This document shows, one piece after another, positions 1-8,672 of a DNA stretch of 18,736 nucleotides (positions are counted from its first letter, which is position 1; every line of letters starts with the position of its first letter). Origin of the DNA: an uncultured Lachnospiraceae bacterium (GTDB lineage Bacteria; Bacillota; Clostridia; Lachnospirales; Lachnospiraceae); NCBI GenBank assembly GCA_950087965.1, contig CATMZT010000056.1, positions 1 through 18,736 of the forward strand. The letters run 5' to 3'. A program made the translations under genes and the position numbers. The notes beneath the pieces were generated by a model, which did not search any database, had not been told where the DNA came from, and saw only the letters and a list, made by a program, of their open reading frames with translations.

Positions 1-2
1 AG

Positions 3-2213
3 ATGCAACGCCGTCAGGTGGCTGATACTTATGAGGCGGTTTTTACTGGTGTTGATGAATCGGATGTGGCAGTTTTAAAAGGTTTGCCAGAGTTTGCCCG
101 CGTGGGTGAATATTATCTGTTGGGGCAGGAGCACTCGGAACGGGGATATCATGCATCGTATGTGTACTGTGACAGTGAGATGATGTATATTGCCCGCAGT
201 CAGATGGAATTGGTAAAAGGACGGCTTCCGAAACAGGCAAATGAAGTTGTTGTCAGCGAATATTTTCTTTCTGCTTATGGCTCTAATGCTGGAATTGGTG
301 AAACGGTTCTGTTGGATACGGAAAGTTTTCAAGGGGAATATATGGTGACTGGTATTATGAGGGGTATGAGTGAGAAAGAGGAAAATATCTGTGTCTTTGT
401 TGTTTCAAAGGAGACATTGACAGAATGGGCAGGCTTTAATCCGGTTGGATATCGTGCCTATGTACATTTTCAGAATGATCGGCAGCTTGGTCAAGAGATT
501 ATAACTGCCCGCTGCAAAGAGATTGCCGCTCAATATGATTTGCCTCCTGCGGGAATAAACAGTAATTATTTCACTTATTATTCAAGGTCGATTGATTTTG
601 TTACAGTTGGTGGTGCTGCAATTCTTGTACTGATTGGCGGCTATGTTGTTATTCAGAGTATTTTTCGTATCTCTGTCAATAATAAGATTCAAAGTTATGG
701 ACAGCTTCGTACAATTGGCACAACACCAAAACAGCTTCGGGGCATAGTAAAGAGAGAGAGCCGACAGCTTGGCAGTATGGGAATTTTGTTTGGAGTTTTT
801 TTGGGAGTCTGTGCAGGATTGGTTTTATTCCCAAAAGGTGTTTATATTGTTTCTTATGGGATGGTTGTTTTTTTCACAGTATGGATCTGCTGGTTTATGG
901 TGGCTGTTTCCGTTCGTAGACCAGTTAAAATAGCTGCCGGAATTTCACCGCTGGAAGCAATGCGTTTTTCTATGGGACAGGAAAAAATATACAGTCGGAA
1001 GAAACATATAAAATTAAATCCTGTATCTATGGGGATAGCGAATTTTCTGCGTGATCGCAGAAAGGCGGTTAGTATTGTAGCATCTTTAAGTTTGGGTGGA
1101 ATGATTCTTTTAATTGTATCTTCTATGCTGCTGACTCGATCGCCGGAGCAGGCGGCAAGGCTGTTTTTTTCGGACGGAGATTATAAAATCTATTTGGCTT
1201 CGGAGCAGTCAGAGACGGAAATTATGAGTATCGATAATCCGCTGAATGAAAAGCTGCGGCAGGAAATTTTATCTGTGGATGGGGTAGCAGAGGTGCTGGT
1301 TACACGCAGATCCGTACATGCAGCATTTCGGACTTCTAAAAATGCTTCCGTAGGTATGTGCGATATGCTGACTCACGAAAATGTTTTGTCAGTAGAAGCT
1401 GCACTGGTATCTGGTACGATGCCGAAGGATTCACACAGCGTTATTTTGGGTACAAATTATTATAAACATTATGATGATATGACGGTAGGGGCGGTTATGG
1501 AACTGTCTTTGGGTCAAAAAACCACGACTGTTACGATATGTGGTTTATTTGATGTAACTAAGATTGGAAATGGGCATGGTGCACTTTTTCTTGACAGTGT
1601 TTCTATGTTTGCACCAGAAGCACTATTTCAAGAGATTCTGCCTGAAATTAAAAATTTTGACTATTCTTGGAGTATTGTCAGTGATTCAGAAAAATCAGAG
1701 AGCGTGGAAAACGGACTGCAAAAAATCCTGTCTAACCACAGCAATATTGGATTGGATACTATTGAGGCACATATTGAATATGAGAAATGGCAAAATTCTT
1801 TTATTTTCGGGAGTATGCAGGCATTTTCTTGGTTGATTTTCCTGTTTGGAGTTATTAATTTAATCAATACGACACTTTCTAATCAGATGTTTCGAAAACG
1901 GGAAAACAGCATCTTGTGCTCGATTGGTCTGACAAAGAAACAACTATATCAGATGAATATTTGTGAGGGGCTTTGTTATACCTGTTTTGTTATTTTGACA
2001 GTCTTATTTATGGGGCTTCCAATTGCAGTTATGGTATGCAGGGAACTGAGCAAGCGATCTTTTAGCGGTAAAATTGTTCCATATCAATTTCCTACCCTTG
2101 AAATGGGACTGTTTATCTTGGGACTGTTTAGTATAGAATTTATCCTGACCGCTTGGGTGATTCATAGGCAGAAAAAACAATCCCTAATAGAGCAGATGCG
2201 GGCAGCAGAGTAA
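3..2213 (+). CDS. ABC transporter permease, FtsX/MacB-like family (two FtsX-type membrane domains); 5'-truncated by window edge
   Basis: 736-aa ORF open to the window start. It has two clusters of hydrophobic helices separated by large extracytoplasmic regions, typical of MacB/FtsX permeases. Stop at 2211-2213. Confidence 0.75.
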   Translation: MQRRQVADTYEAVFTGVDESDVAVLKGLPEFARVGEYYLLGQEHSERGYHASYVYCDSEMMYIARSQMELVKGRLPKQANEVVVSEYFLSAYGSNAGIGETVLLDTESFQGEYMVTGIMRGMSEKEENICVFVVSKETLTEWAGFNPVGYRAYVHFQNDRQLGQEIITARCKEIAAQYDLPPAGINSNYFTYYSRSIDFVTVGGAAILVLIGGYVVIQSIFRISVNNKIQSYGQLRTIGTTPKQLRGIVKRESRQLGSMGILFGVFLGVCAGLVLFPKGVYIVSYGMVVFFTVWICWFMVAVSVRRPVKIAAGISPLEAMRFSMGQEKIYSRKKHIKLNPVSMGIANFLRDRRKAVSIVASLSLGGMILLIVSSMLLTRSPEQAARLFFSDGDYKIYLASEQSETEIMSIDNPLNEKLRQEILSVDGVAEVLVTRRSVHAAFRTSKNASVGMCDMLTHENVLSVEAALVSGTMPKDSHSVILGTNYYKHYDDMTVGAVMELSLGQKTTTVTICGLFDVTKIGNGHGALFLDSVSMFAPEALFQEILPEIKNFDYSWSIVSDSEKSESVENGLQKILSNHSNIGLDTIEAHIEYEKWQNSFIFGSMQAFSWLIFLFGVINLINTTLSNQMFRKRENSILCSIGLTKKQLYQMNICEGLCYTCFVILTVLFMGLPIAVMVCRELSKRSFSGKIVPYQFPTLEMGLFILGLFSIEFILTAWVIHRQKKQSLIEQMRAAE

Positions 2214-2315
2214 TTTATAACTGTAAAAAAAGTTACAGAAAAATTCTCAAAAAAACGATACAATAAATTTGTAAAAAACCATATCAAGCAAATTTCGAAA
2301 TTTGTAAAAAAAGAG

Positions 2316-2344
2316 TTGACAAGGATTTATTTCTATGATAGACT
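2316..2344 (+). promoter_or_regulatory. sigma-A type promoter for tRNA-Leu: TTGACA (2316-2321), 17-bp spacer, TAGACT (2339-2344). An AT-rich upstream region carries two copies of aaatttgtaaaaaa (UP-like).
   Basis: Consensus -35 with a 17-bp spacer and a TAnnnT -10, about 20 nt upstream of the tRNA 5' end. Confidence 0.4.
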
Positions 2345-2363
2345 TATCAAGTGTTAAGGAATT

Positions 2364-2446
2364 GCCGCAGTGGCGGAATGGCAGACGCACTAGACTCAAA
2401 ATCTAGCGGGGGCGACCTCGTGCCGGTTCAAGTCCGGCCTGCGGCA
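2364..2446 (+). tRNA. tRNA-Leu (anticodon CAA), class II with long variable arm; CCA not encoded
   Basis: 7-bp acceptor stem GCCGCAG/CTGCGGC. Anticodon stem-loop ctaga-CTCAAAA-tctag places the anticodon at CAA. Long variable arm (gcgggggcgacctcgtgc). T-arm GCCGG-TTCAAGT-CCGGC. Discriminator A at 2446. Confidence 0.9.
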
Positions 2447-2463
2447 CTCTTGGCAGGGGCGTT

Positions 2464-2497
2464 CTCTGTAGACGAAATGTTTACAGGGAATTTTTTT
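2464..2497 (+). terminator. Intrinsic terminator after tRNA-Leu
   Basis: Stem ctctgta/tacaggg (one G-U pair), 11-nt loop, followed by aaTTTTTTT. Confidence 0.5.
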
Positions 2498-2590
2498 ATG
2501 TACACAGGTGTCTCAAGAAACGATGTCAGCAGAACTGACAGACATTTAGTACGGCGAGTAGAGGAGGCAGCCTTCCCTACTCGATTATAA
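2498..2590 (+). other. Paralogous conserved module copy A: 30-codon sORF (MYTGVSRNDVSRTDRHLVRRVEEAAFPTRL) and/or structured RNA. It ends in a hairpin gagtag-aGGAGG...cttcc-ctactc that contains an SD-like AGGAGG.
   Basis: About 61% nt identity to 13966-14058. Eight codons differ only at synonymous third positions, and a 7-bp stem shows two compensatory double changes. Details are in findings. Confidence 0.4.
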
Positions 2591-2631
2591 AAATAGAAAG
2601 AACATAACAAATTTTATTCACCATTAGTTTG

Positions 2632-2669
2632 GGCAGTTATCAAAAGATAAGATAACTGCCTTTTATTTT
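2632..2669 (+). terminator. Strong intrinsic terminator
   Basis: Perfect 10-bp stem GGCAGTTATC/GATAACTGCC, 9-nt loop, then TTTTATTTT. Confidence 0.75.
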
Positions 2670-2675
2670 ATTAAG

Positions 2676-2721
2676 TCAAAGGAAATTCAGAATCCGCTCC
2701 ACTACATCCTTGATAGGTTAA
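2676..2721 (+). repeat. 46-bp hairpin-forming repeat, copy 1 (tcaaaggaaattcagaatccgctccactacatccttgataggttaa)
   Basis: 43 of 46 nt identical to the reverse complement of 14221-14266. Internal stem aagga...tcctt and a ggaNttc...gaatcc segment. Confidence 0.6.
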
Positions 2722-2768
2722 AAAAACAAAAAAAGAGAAATAAAGAATACCTATATTGTGGAAAAAGA

Positions 2769-3026
2769 CAGCCAGAGTATGGCATTGCAGTACTGTGACT
2801 TCGGAGGAAAGTTAGAAGCTTTTAGACTTCTGTCGATTCATTAGGATTTTTTGCCATTCTCGAATGGCAAAAAAAGGGGTGTGTTTAGCCCGCAGCACGG
2901 GCGAATTGCACCCCGGTCCGTCCGGTTGGATGCATCTAAATTCAGAAGTCTTAGAGCTTCTTACTTTCTGTAGAGCGAAACAGTACTGCAATGCCATACT
3001 CTGGCGTCCTCCCCCCACTTTTCGAC
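2769..3026 (-). repeat. Structured interspersed element (candidate ncRNA), copy R1, minus orientation
   Basis: Perfect 25-bp terminal inverted repeat 2771-2795 / 2991-3015. The conserved core (rc) is ccggacgga-ccggggtgcaattcgcccgtgc(t)gcgggctaaacacacccc-tttttttgccattcgagaatggcaaaaaa-tcctaatgaatcgac. A G-run sits at the element 5' end (3016-3026 on -) and ctggctgtcttttt at the 3' end. Confidence 0.85.
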
Positions 3027-3047
3027 TAGGATTCCTATATCTTTTCT

Positions 3048-3076
3048 TTGCAATCTTAGGATTCTTGTGCTAGAAT
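3048..3076 (+). promoter_or_regulatory. sigma-A type promoter: TTGCAA (3048-3053), 17-bp spacer, TAGAAT (3071-3076), upstream of the anti-sigma/polA genes
   Basis: Good -35/-10 with 17-bp spacing about 50 nt upstream of the 3126 start codon. Confidence 0.45.
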
Positions 3077-3125
3077 AAAAGCAATAACCTGTTAAACTGG
3101 AAAATGCCAGAAAGGACGAAAAAAG

Positions 3126-3461
3126 ATGATATGTAAAGAATGGCAGAGAATGATTCCCGGGTTTTTAGATGATACGTTAGAAAACCAAGAAATGGAAGGC
3201 TTTATTCAACATGTACAAACCTGTGAGGACTGTTATGAAGAGCTAGAAATTATGTTTATGCTTTCTATTGGTTTACAGGAATTAAAAGAAGAAAGAAATA
3301 TTTCGTATAATTTTAGCCAGTTGTTGGAGAATAAAATACTAGAAGAAGAAATTCGTTTTGAACGGATTCGGCAGATTCGTTCTTTTAACCGGCTGGTCAT
3401 TATTATTTTGCATATTCTTGTAGGATTGGGAATTGCATTTCAGATAATAAAATGGATATAA
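3126..3461 (+). CDS. zf-HC2-type anti-sigma factor-like membrane protein (111 aa)
   Basis: N-terminal C-x25-H-x3-C-x2-C motif (C3 ... HVQTCEDC) typical of zf-HC2 anti-sigma factors. C-terminal hydrophobic helix (LVIIILHILVGLGIAFQII). RBS gaaaggacgaaaaaag precedes the ATG. Confidence 0.55.
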   Translation: MICKEWQRMIPGFLDDTLENQEMEGFIQHVQTCEDCYEELEIMFMLSIGLQELKEERNISYNFSQLLENKILEEEIRFERIRQIRSFNRLVIIILHILVGLGIAFQIIKWI

Positions 3462-3503
3462 AATAAAGAAAAGGAAAGAATAGGAATAAAAGCGGGAGAA
3501 AAA

Positions 3504-6191
3504 ATGGAAAAAATATTACTGATTGACGGAAACAGTATTTTAAATCGTGCTTTTTACGGATTACCGGATATGACAAATTCCAATGGACAGCATACAAATG
3601 CAGTGTTGGGATTTATTCATATTCTTATGAAAGTAGTGGAAGAGGAAACCCCGGATTATATTACAGTAGCGTTTGATCGAAAAGAACCTACGTTTCGGCA
3701 TGAGATGTATGAAGAGTATAAAGGAAATCGAAAACCTATGCCGGAAGAATTAGCGGAACAGCTTCCTAGGATTAAGGAAGTACTTGCTGCGATGAAAATT
3801 CTTTATTTAGAACATGCCGGATGGGAAGCAGACGATATTCTTGGAAGTCTGGCAAAAAAGGCAGAGACAGAGGGAATGAAAGTAGTAATACTGTCTGGAG
3901 ATCGAGACCTTTTGCAGATGGCATCCAATCAGATCCAGATTCGGATCCCAAAGACGAAAAAGGGTGTAACAGAAGTCGAAGATTATTATGAAGAGGATGT
4001 AAAAACAAAATATGGTGTTACCCCTTTACAATTTATAGATATGAAGGCATTAATGGGAGATTCTTCTGATAATATTCCAGGTGTGCCAAGCATTGGAGAA
4101 AAGACAGCCGCTAAGATTATTCAAAGTTTTGGTTCAATAGAAAATGCCTATGCCCATATTGAAGAAATTAAGCCGCCTAAAGCACAGAAAATGTTAAAAG
4201 AGAACTATCATTTGGCACAGCTTTCCAAAGTACTGGCAACAATTAAAACCGACTGTGAACTGGAGTATAAAAAAGAGGACGCCAAAAAAGGAAACTTTTT
4301 TACCAAAGAAACCTATCAAATCTTTCAGCGGTTAGAATTTAAAAGTCTGATTCACCGATATTTTAACAAAACGGATTTTTCAGCAGGACAGGCTGAACTG
4401 ACAAAAGAGGGAACCGAGCAGTTTTTTCTTTTAGAGGATTTTAGTGAGGCAGGAGAAATCTTCCGAAAGGCGGAAAAGAAAAAGAGAGTAGCAGTATGTG
4501 GAATTGCAGAGGACGGAACCTTATTAGGACTGTCGCTTGCTTTTTCGGAAGGACAGGCTTATTTTATACCGATTCAGTTTTTTATGACAGAAGAATATCT
4601 GCTGCAGTGCTGGCATCGGCTGGTTCAAGTTTCTCCAAACAGTATTTTTCTGAATATAAAAGAAAATCTGCCCTATTTAGAAAGAGCAGATACCTGGAAA
4701 GGAACAGAAACTGCAGTAACAGAAGAGCGAAAGTTTGATGTAGGAATTGCAGCGTATCTGCTGAATCCATTAAAAGATGCCTATGGGTATGAGGAAGTGG
4801 CAAGGGATTATCTGCATCGGATTGTGCCGGGAAGAAGTGAACTTTTAGGAAAGATGTCACTTAAACAGGCACAGGAAGAAAAGCCGGAAGAATTCTTAAA
4901 GTACTGCTGTTTTAACAGTTTAATTCCGTTTTTAGCCCAGCCGGTTTTAAAAGAACGGTTAGAAAAACAGGGGATGCAGAAACTTTTTGAAACGGTGGAA
5001 ATGCCTTTGATTTTTACTTTATATCGTATGGAGCAGTGGGGGATTCGGGCGAATAAGGAGGAACTTCAAGAATATGGAAAGCGGCTTGCCATAAAGATTA
5101 AAGAGGTAGAAGAATCTATTTACCGACAGGTAGGAGAGCAGTTTAATATTAATTCACCGAAGCAGTTAGGAGAGATTTTATTTGAAAAAATGGGACTTTC
5201 CGGCGGGAAAAAGACAAAGACCGGGTATTCTACAGCGGCAGAAGTCTTAGAAAAATTAGCACCGGAATATCCGGTAGTGCGGGAGATTTTAGAGTATCGG
5301 CAGTATACAAAATTAAAGTCAACCTATGCAGACGGGCTGGCAGCTTATATTGGAGCGGACGGACGAATTCATGGAAAATTTAATCAAACCATTACTGCTA
5401 CGGGAAGAATCAGCAGTACCGAACCGAATTTGCAGAATATTCCGGTACGGATGGAGTTAGGAAGAGAGATTCGAAAAGTTTTTGTACCAGAGCCAGGTTA
5501 TGTTTTTTTAGATGCGGATTATTCGCAGATTGAACTTCGGGTGCTTGCCCATATGTCAGGGGATCAGCATCTGATTGAAGCATATCGGGATGCGGAAGAT
5601 ATTCACAGTACAACTGCTTCCAAAGTATTTCATGTTCCTTTGGAAGAGGTGACACCACTGCAGCGAAGAAATGCAAAAGCGGTCAATTTTGGAATTGTCT
5701 ATGGCATCAGCTCATTTGGATTGAGTCAGGATTTAAGCGTGTCCAAGACAGAGGCACAGGAGTATATTGAACAATATTTTCAGGCTTATCCTGGAATCAA
5801 ACGTTTTTTGGATCAGTTGGTGACAGAGGCAAGAGAGAAAGGATATTCGGTTACGATGTTTGGAAGACGGCGGCCGCTGCCGGAGATTACTTCTTCTAAT
5901 TATACACAGCGGTCATTTGGAGAAAGAATTGCTATGAATTCTCCTATTCAGGGTACGGCAGCGGATATTATTAAAATTGCTATGATTCGGGTGGAGCGGC
6001 GGTTAAGAGAACAGAAGCTGAAATCCAGATTGATTTTACAAGTACATGATGAACTGCTGATTGAGACACATCAGGAAGAAGTCGATATCGTCAGTCAAAT
6101 TTTAGAGGAAGAGATGATGCATGCGGCTGATTTACAGGTAAAGTTAGAAGTAGATATGCATACCGGAACTAGCTGGTTTGATGCAAAGTAG
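3504..6191 (+). CDS. polA: DNA polymerase I (895 aa)
   Basis: N-terminal 5'-3' exonuclease domain (LLIDGNSILNRAFY..., GDSSDNIPGVPSIGEKTA). C-terminal family-A polymerase motifs (DYSQIELRVLAHMSGD, RRNAKAVNFGIVYG, QVHDELLIE). Confidence 0.95.
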   Translation: MEKILLIDGNSILNRAFYGLPDMTNSNGQHTNAVLGFIHILMKVVEEETPDYITVAFDRKEPTFRHEMYEEYKGNRKPMPEELAEQLPRIKEVLAAMKILYLEHAGWEADDILGSLAKKAETEGMKVVILSGDRDLLQMASNQIQIRIPKTKKGVTEVEDYYEEDVKTKYGVTPLQFIDMKALMGDSSDNIPGVPSIGEKTAAKIIQSFGSIENAYAHIEEIKPPKAQKMLKENYHLAQLSKVLATIKTDCELEYKKEDAKKGNFFTKETYQIFQRLEFKSLIHRYFNKTDFSAGQAELTKEGTEQFFLLEDFSEAGEIFRKAEKKKRVAVCGIAEDGTLLGLSLAFSEGQAYFIPIQFFMTEEYLLQCWHRLVQVSPNSIFLNIKENLPYLERADTWKGTETAVTEERKFDVGIAAYLLNPLKDAYGYEEVARDYLHRIVPGRSELLGKMSLKQAQEEKPEEFLKYCCFNSLIPFLAQPVLKERLEKQGMQKLFETVEMPLIFTLYRMEQWGIRANKEELQEYGKRLAIKIKEVEESIYRQVGEQFNINSPKQLGEILFEKMGLSGGKKTKTGYSTAAEVLEKLAPEYPVVREILEYRQYTKLKSTYADGLAAYIGADGRIHGKFNQTITATGRISSTEPNLQNIPVRMELGREIRKVFVPEPGYVFLDADYSQIELRVLAHMSGDQHLIEAYRDAEDIHSTTASKVFHVPLEEVTPLQRRNAKAVNFGIVYGISSFGLSQDLSVSKTEAQEYIEQYFQAYPGIKRFLDQLVTEAREKGYSVTMFGRRRPLPEITSSNYTQRSFGERIAMNSPIQGTAADIIKIAMIRVERRLREQKLKSRLILQVHDELLIETHQEEVDIVSQILEEEMMHAADLQVKLEVDMHTGTSWFDAK

Positions 6192-6200
6192 GTAGAAGAG

Positions 6201-6797
6201 ATGGTAATAGGGATTACTGGAGGAATCGGAAGCGGAAAGTCCTATATTCTTTCGATTATGGAACAGAGATATCACTGTCTGGTTTTGGAGGCGGATCGGA
6301 TTGCTTGGGAGTTAGAGCAGCCCTCGGGTCTGTGTTATCCGGCAATTCTTCAGCTTTTTGGAAGAGAGATTTTAGAAGCAGACGGAACGATTCACAGACA
6401 GAAACTGGGACAGATTGTATTTTCGGATCGGAAAAAGTTAGAACAGCTCAATCGAATTGTACATCCTGCTGTGAAGGAACGGATTCAGCAAACAATCCGC
6501 CAGTCACAGGCAGAATTTCCAAATAGAAAGATTGTAATTGAAGCGGCACTTTTACTGGAAGAACGCTATGATAAAATTTGCGATACGATTTGGTATATTT
6601 ATGCAAGTGCAGAAGTCCGCAGAAAGCGGTTAAAAGAACAGCGTGGATATTCAGAAGAAAAGATAGCAGCAATTATGGGAAATCAGCTTTCGGATACAAT
6701 ATTTCGAGAAAAATGTAATTGTATAATTGAGAATGATACGACAGAAGAAAAATTGATAGAGCAGATAGAAAACTGTCTGAAAAACAGCGGACAGTGA
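6201..6797 (+). CDS. coaE: Dephospho-CoA kinase (198 aa)
   Basis: P-loop GITGGIGSGKS at the N-terminus. Size and polA-coaE synteny are typical of Firmicutes. Confidence 0.85.
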   Translation: MVIGITGGIGSGKSYILSIMEQRYHCLVLEADRIAWELEQPSGLCYPAILQLFGREILEADGTIHRQKLGQIVFSDRKKLEQLNRIVHPAVKERIQQTIRQSQAEFPNRKIVIEAALLLEERYDKICDTIWYIYASAEVRRKRLKEQRGYSEEKIAAIMGNQLSDTIFREKCNCIIENDTTEEKLIEQIENCLKNSGQ

Positions 6798-6818
6798 TAC
6801 AAAGGGGATAAGAAATTT

Positions 6819-8606
6819 ATGGATGAGGCAATCAAATATCCAGAACATATGGTGTTTGGACTGGATATAGGGACAAGAAGTGTTGTAGGGACAGTTGGAT
6901 ATTTAGAGCGGAAGACCTTTAAGGTAGCGGCTCAGTGTGTCCGGTATCATGATACCCGTGCGATGATTGACGGACAGATTCATGATATTACAAAGGTAGG
7001 ACAGGTAATCTATCAGGTAAAGTCTGAATTAGAACGAAGTTTGGGACGAACTCTAAATGAAGTATGTATTGCGGCGGCAGGACGTGTCTTAAAGACCGTG
7101 ACCATTAAGGCAGAGCAGGTATTAGAGGAAGAGCGGGTGGTTGGTCAGGAGGATATTTATTCGCTGGATATGCTTGGTGTGGAGCAGGCACATGCACAGC
7201 TTGCCGAGGAAGAGACAGAAAATATTCGCTTTTATTGTGTGGGTTATACCGTAATTCAGTATTATATGAATGACTATGTAATGAATAATTTAGAGGGACA
7301 TAAGGCTAGAAAGATTGGGGCAAATGTGCTGGCTACTTTTTTGCCGGAGGATGTAGTAGACAGTCTGTATGCAGCGGTAAGAGAGGCGGAACTTCAGGTT
7401 GCCAGTTTAACATTGGAGCCGATTGCTGCAATTCAGCTTGCGATTCCTGAGCAGTTTCGGCTGTTAAATATTGCTTTGGTGGATATTGGAGCAGGGACTT
7501 CGGATATCTGTATTACAAAAGATGGAAGTATTGTTGCTTATGGAATGATTTCTTTGGCTGGAGATGAATTAACCGAGTGTTTGGCAAAACAGTATTTGAC
7601 GGACTTTGATACTGCGGAGAAGATTAAAATTGCAACCGGGAAAAATAAGCCTATCTTTTATAAGGATATTATGGGACTGATTCATAAGCTGACTTCAGAA
7701 GAGGTGCTGGGAGTGTTAAAGCCGGTTTTGGATCATATGGCAGAAAGTATTTCGGATAAGATTAAGGAGTTAAATGGCGGGAAACCGGTCAGTGCTATCT
7801 TTGTAATAGGAGGAGGAGGGAAGATCAATGGATTTACAGCACTGCTTGCTGATAAGGTTATGATTCCTAGGGAGCGGGTGGCACTGCGTGGAGAAGAGGT
7901 AATGGGAAATGTGGAATTTTTAATTCAGGATGTAAAAAAGGACTCGCTGCTGGTTACTCCGATTGGGATCTGTTTGAATTTTTATAATGAGCGGAATAGT
8001 TTTATCTTTGTCTATGTGAATAATGAGCGGATTAAATTATATGATAATGATAAATTGACGGTGATGGATGCGGCTTTGCAGGCGGATATTTCGAATAGTT
8101 CCTTGTTTCCTCAGAGAGGAAAGGACTTGAACTTTAAGGTAAATGGTCGTCCTCGTGTGGTAAGAGGGAAGGCTGGCGAGGGAGCGGTGATTTTATTGGA
8201 AAAGAATGAGGCAAGCCTTCAGACGCCGATTCATCAGAATGATCGGATATTTATTAAGGAGTCTACGGTTGGACCGGATGCGGTTTATTCGGTCGGAAAG
8301 CTGCCGGAGTATGAGGGGAGCATTTCTTTTGTGGTAAATGAGAAGAAGGTGACTTGTCCGAAGTTTGCTCAAGTGAATGGAAAGATGGAATCGGGGTATT
8401 ATGAGATTCAGGAGAATGATGATATTCAGTTTTTGAATTATTATACGGTGGAGCAGGTGATGCAGTTTTTGGATATTGAGACGGAGATGCTTAAGATTTA
8501 TGTGAATAATCGGCTGGCGGAGCTTACGGATCGGGTTTATGAGAATTTTTCTCTGCGGTTTGAAAAGCTGACGGGGACTTATGCGGATTTGATTGAGGAG
8601 GAGTAG
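6819..8606 (+). CDS. FtsA-like actin-family ATPase with ~200-aa C-terminal extension (595 aa)
   Basis: Phosphate-1 motif VFGLDIGTRSVVGTVG and phosphate-2 motif LVDIGAGTSDICI are arranged as in FtsA/PilM actin-fold proteins. The C-terminal 200 residues are beta-rich and of unknown fold. Confidence 0.6.
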   Translation: MDEAIKYPEHMVFGLDIGTRSVVGTVGYLERKTFKVAAQCVRYHDTRAMIDGQIHDITKVGQVIYQVKSELERSLGRTLNEVCIAAAGRVLKTVTIKAEQVLEEERVVGQEDIYSLDMLGVEQAHAQLAEEETENIRFYCVGYTVIQYYMNDYVMNNLEGHKARKIGANVLATFLPEDVVDSLYAAVREAELQVASLTLEPIAAIQLAIPEQFRLLNIALVDIGAGTSDICITKDGSIVAYGMISLAGDELTECLAKQYLTDFDTAEKIKIATGKNKPIFYKDIMGLIHKLTSEEVLGVLKPVLDHMAESISDKIKELNGGKPVSAIFVIGGGGKINGFTALLADKVMIPRERVALRGEEVMGNVEFLIQDVKKDSLLVTPIGICLNFYNERNSFIFVYVNNERIKLYDNDKLTVMDAALQADISNSSLFPQRGKDLNFKVNGRPRVVRGKAGEGAVILLEKNEASLQTPIHQNDRIFIKESTVGPDAVYSVGKLPEYEGSISFVVNEKKVTCPKFAQVNGKMESGYYEIQENDDIQFLNYYTVEQVMQFLDIETEMLKIYVNNRLAELTDRVYENFSLRFEKLTGTYADLIEEE

Positions 8607-8672
8607 AAGGGGGGAGGAGAATCAGATTATGGAGTGGGGGATGGGGGGAAAAGACTTTAGAGGGAGGATTTT

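Noticed and set aside
1564-1867. Small ORFs inside the ABC permease gene (1564-1836 +, 1661-1867 -)
   Set aside because: Embedded in or antisense to a long, well-supported ORF. No independent signals.
2351-2590. 79-aa + strand ORF
   Set aside because: It runs straight through tRNA-Leu and a terminator. Only its last 30 codons (the module A sORF, from ATG 2498) have any support.
2769-3026. Element copies as insertion sequences or a transposase-bearing mobile element
   Set aside because: No transposase ORF. The terminal stems differ between copies while the core is conserved, the opposite of transposase-recognised TIRs. MITE origin is not excluded, but present-day conservation looks structural.
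2812-3073. Short ORFs inside element copies (2812-3018 -, 2864-3073 +, 8692-8880 +, 13299-13484 -, 17724-18143 -, 18360-18611 -) with strikingly similar peptides
   Set aside because: The similarity comes from nucleotide conservation of the element. Between copies the conserved segments are read in different frames (the A-run length shifts frame) and on different strands relative to the element, so there is no conserved coding frame. The element is treated as noncoding.
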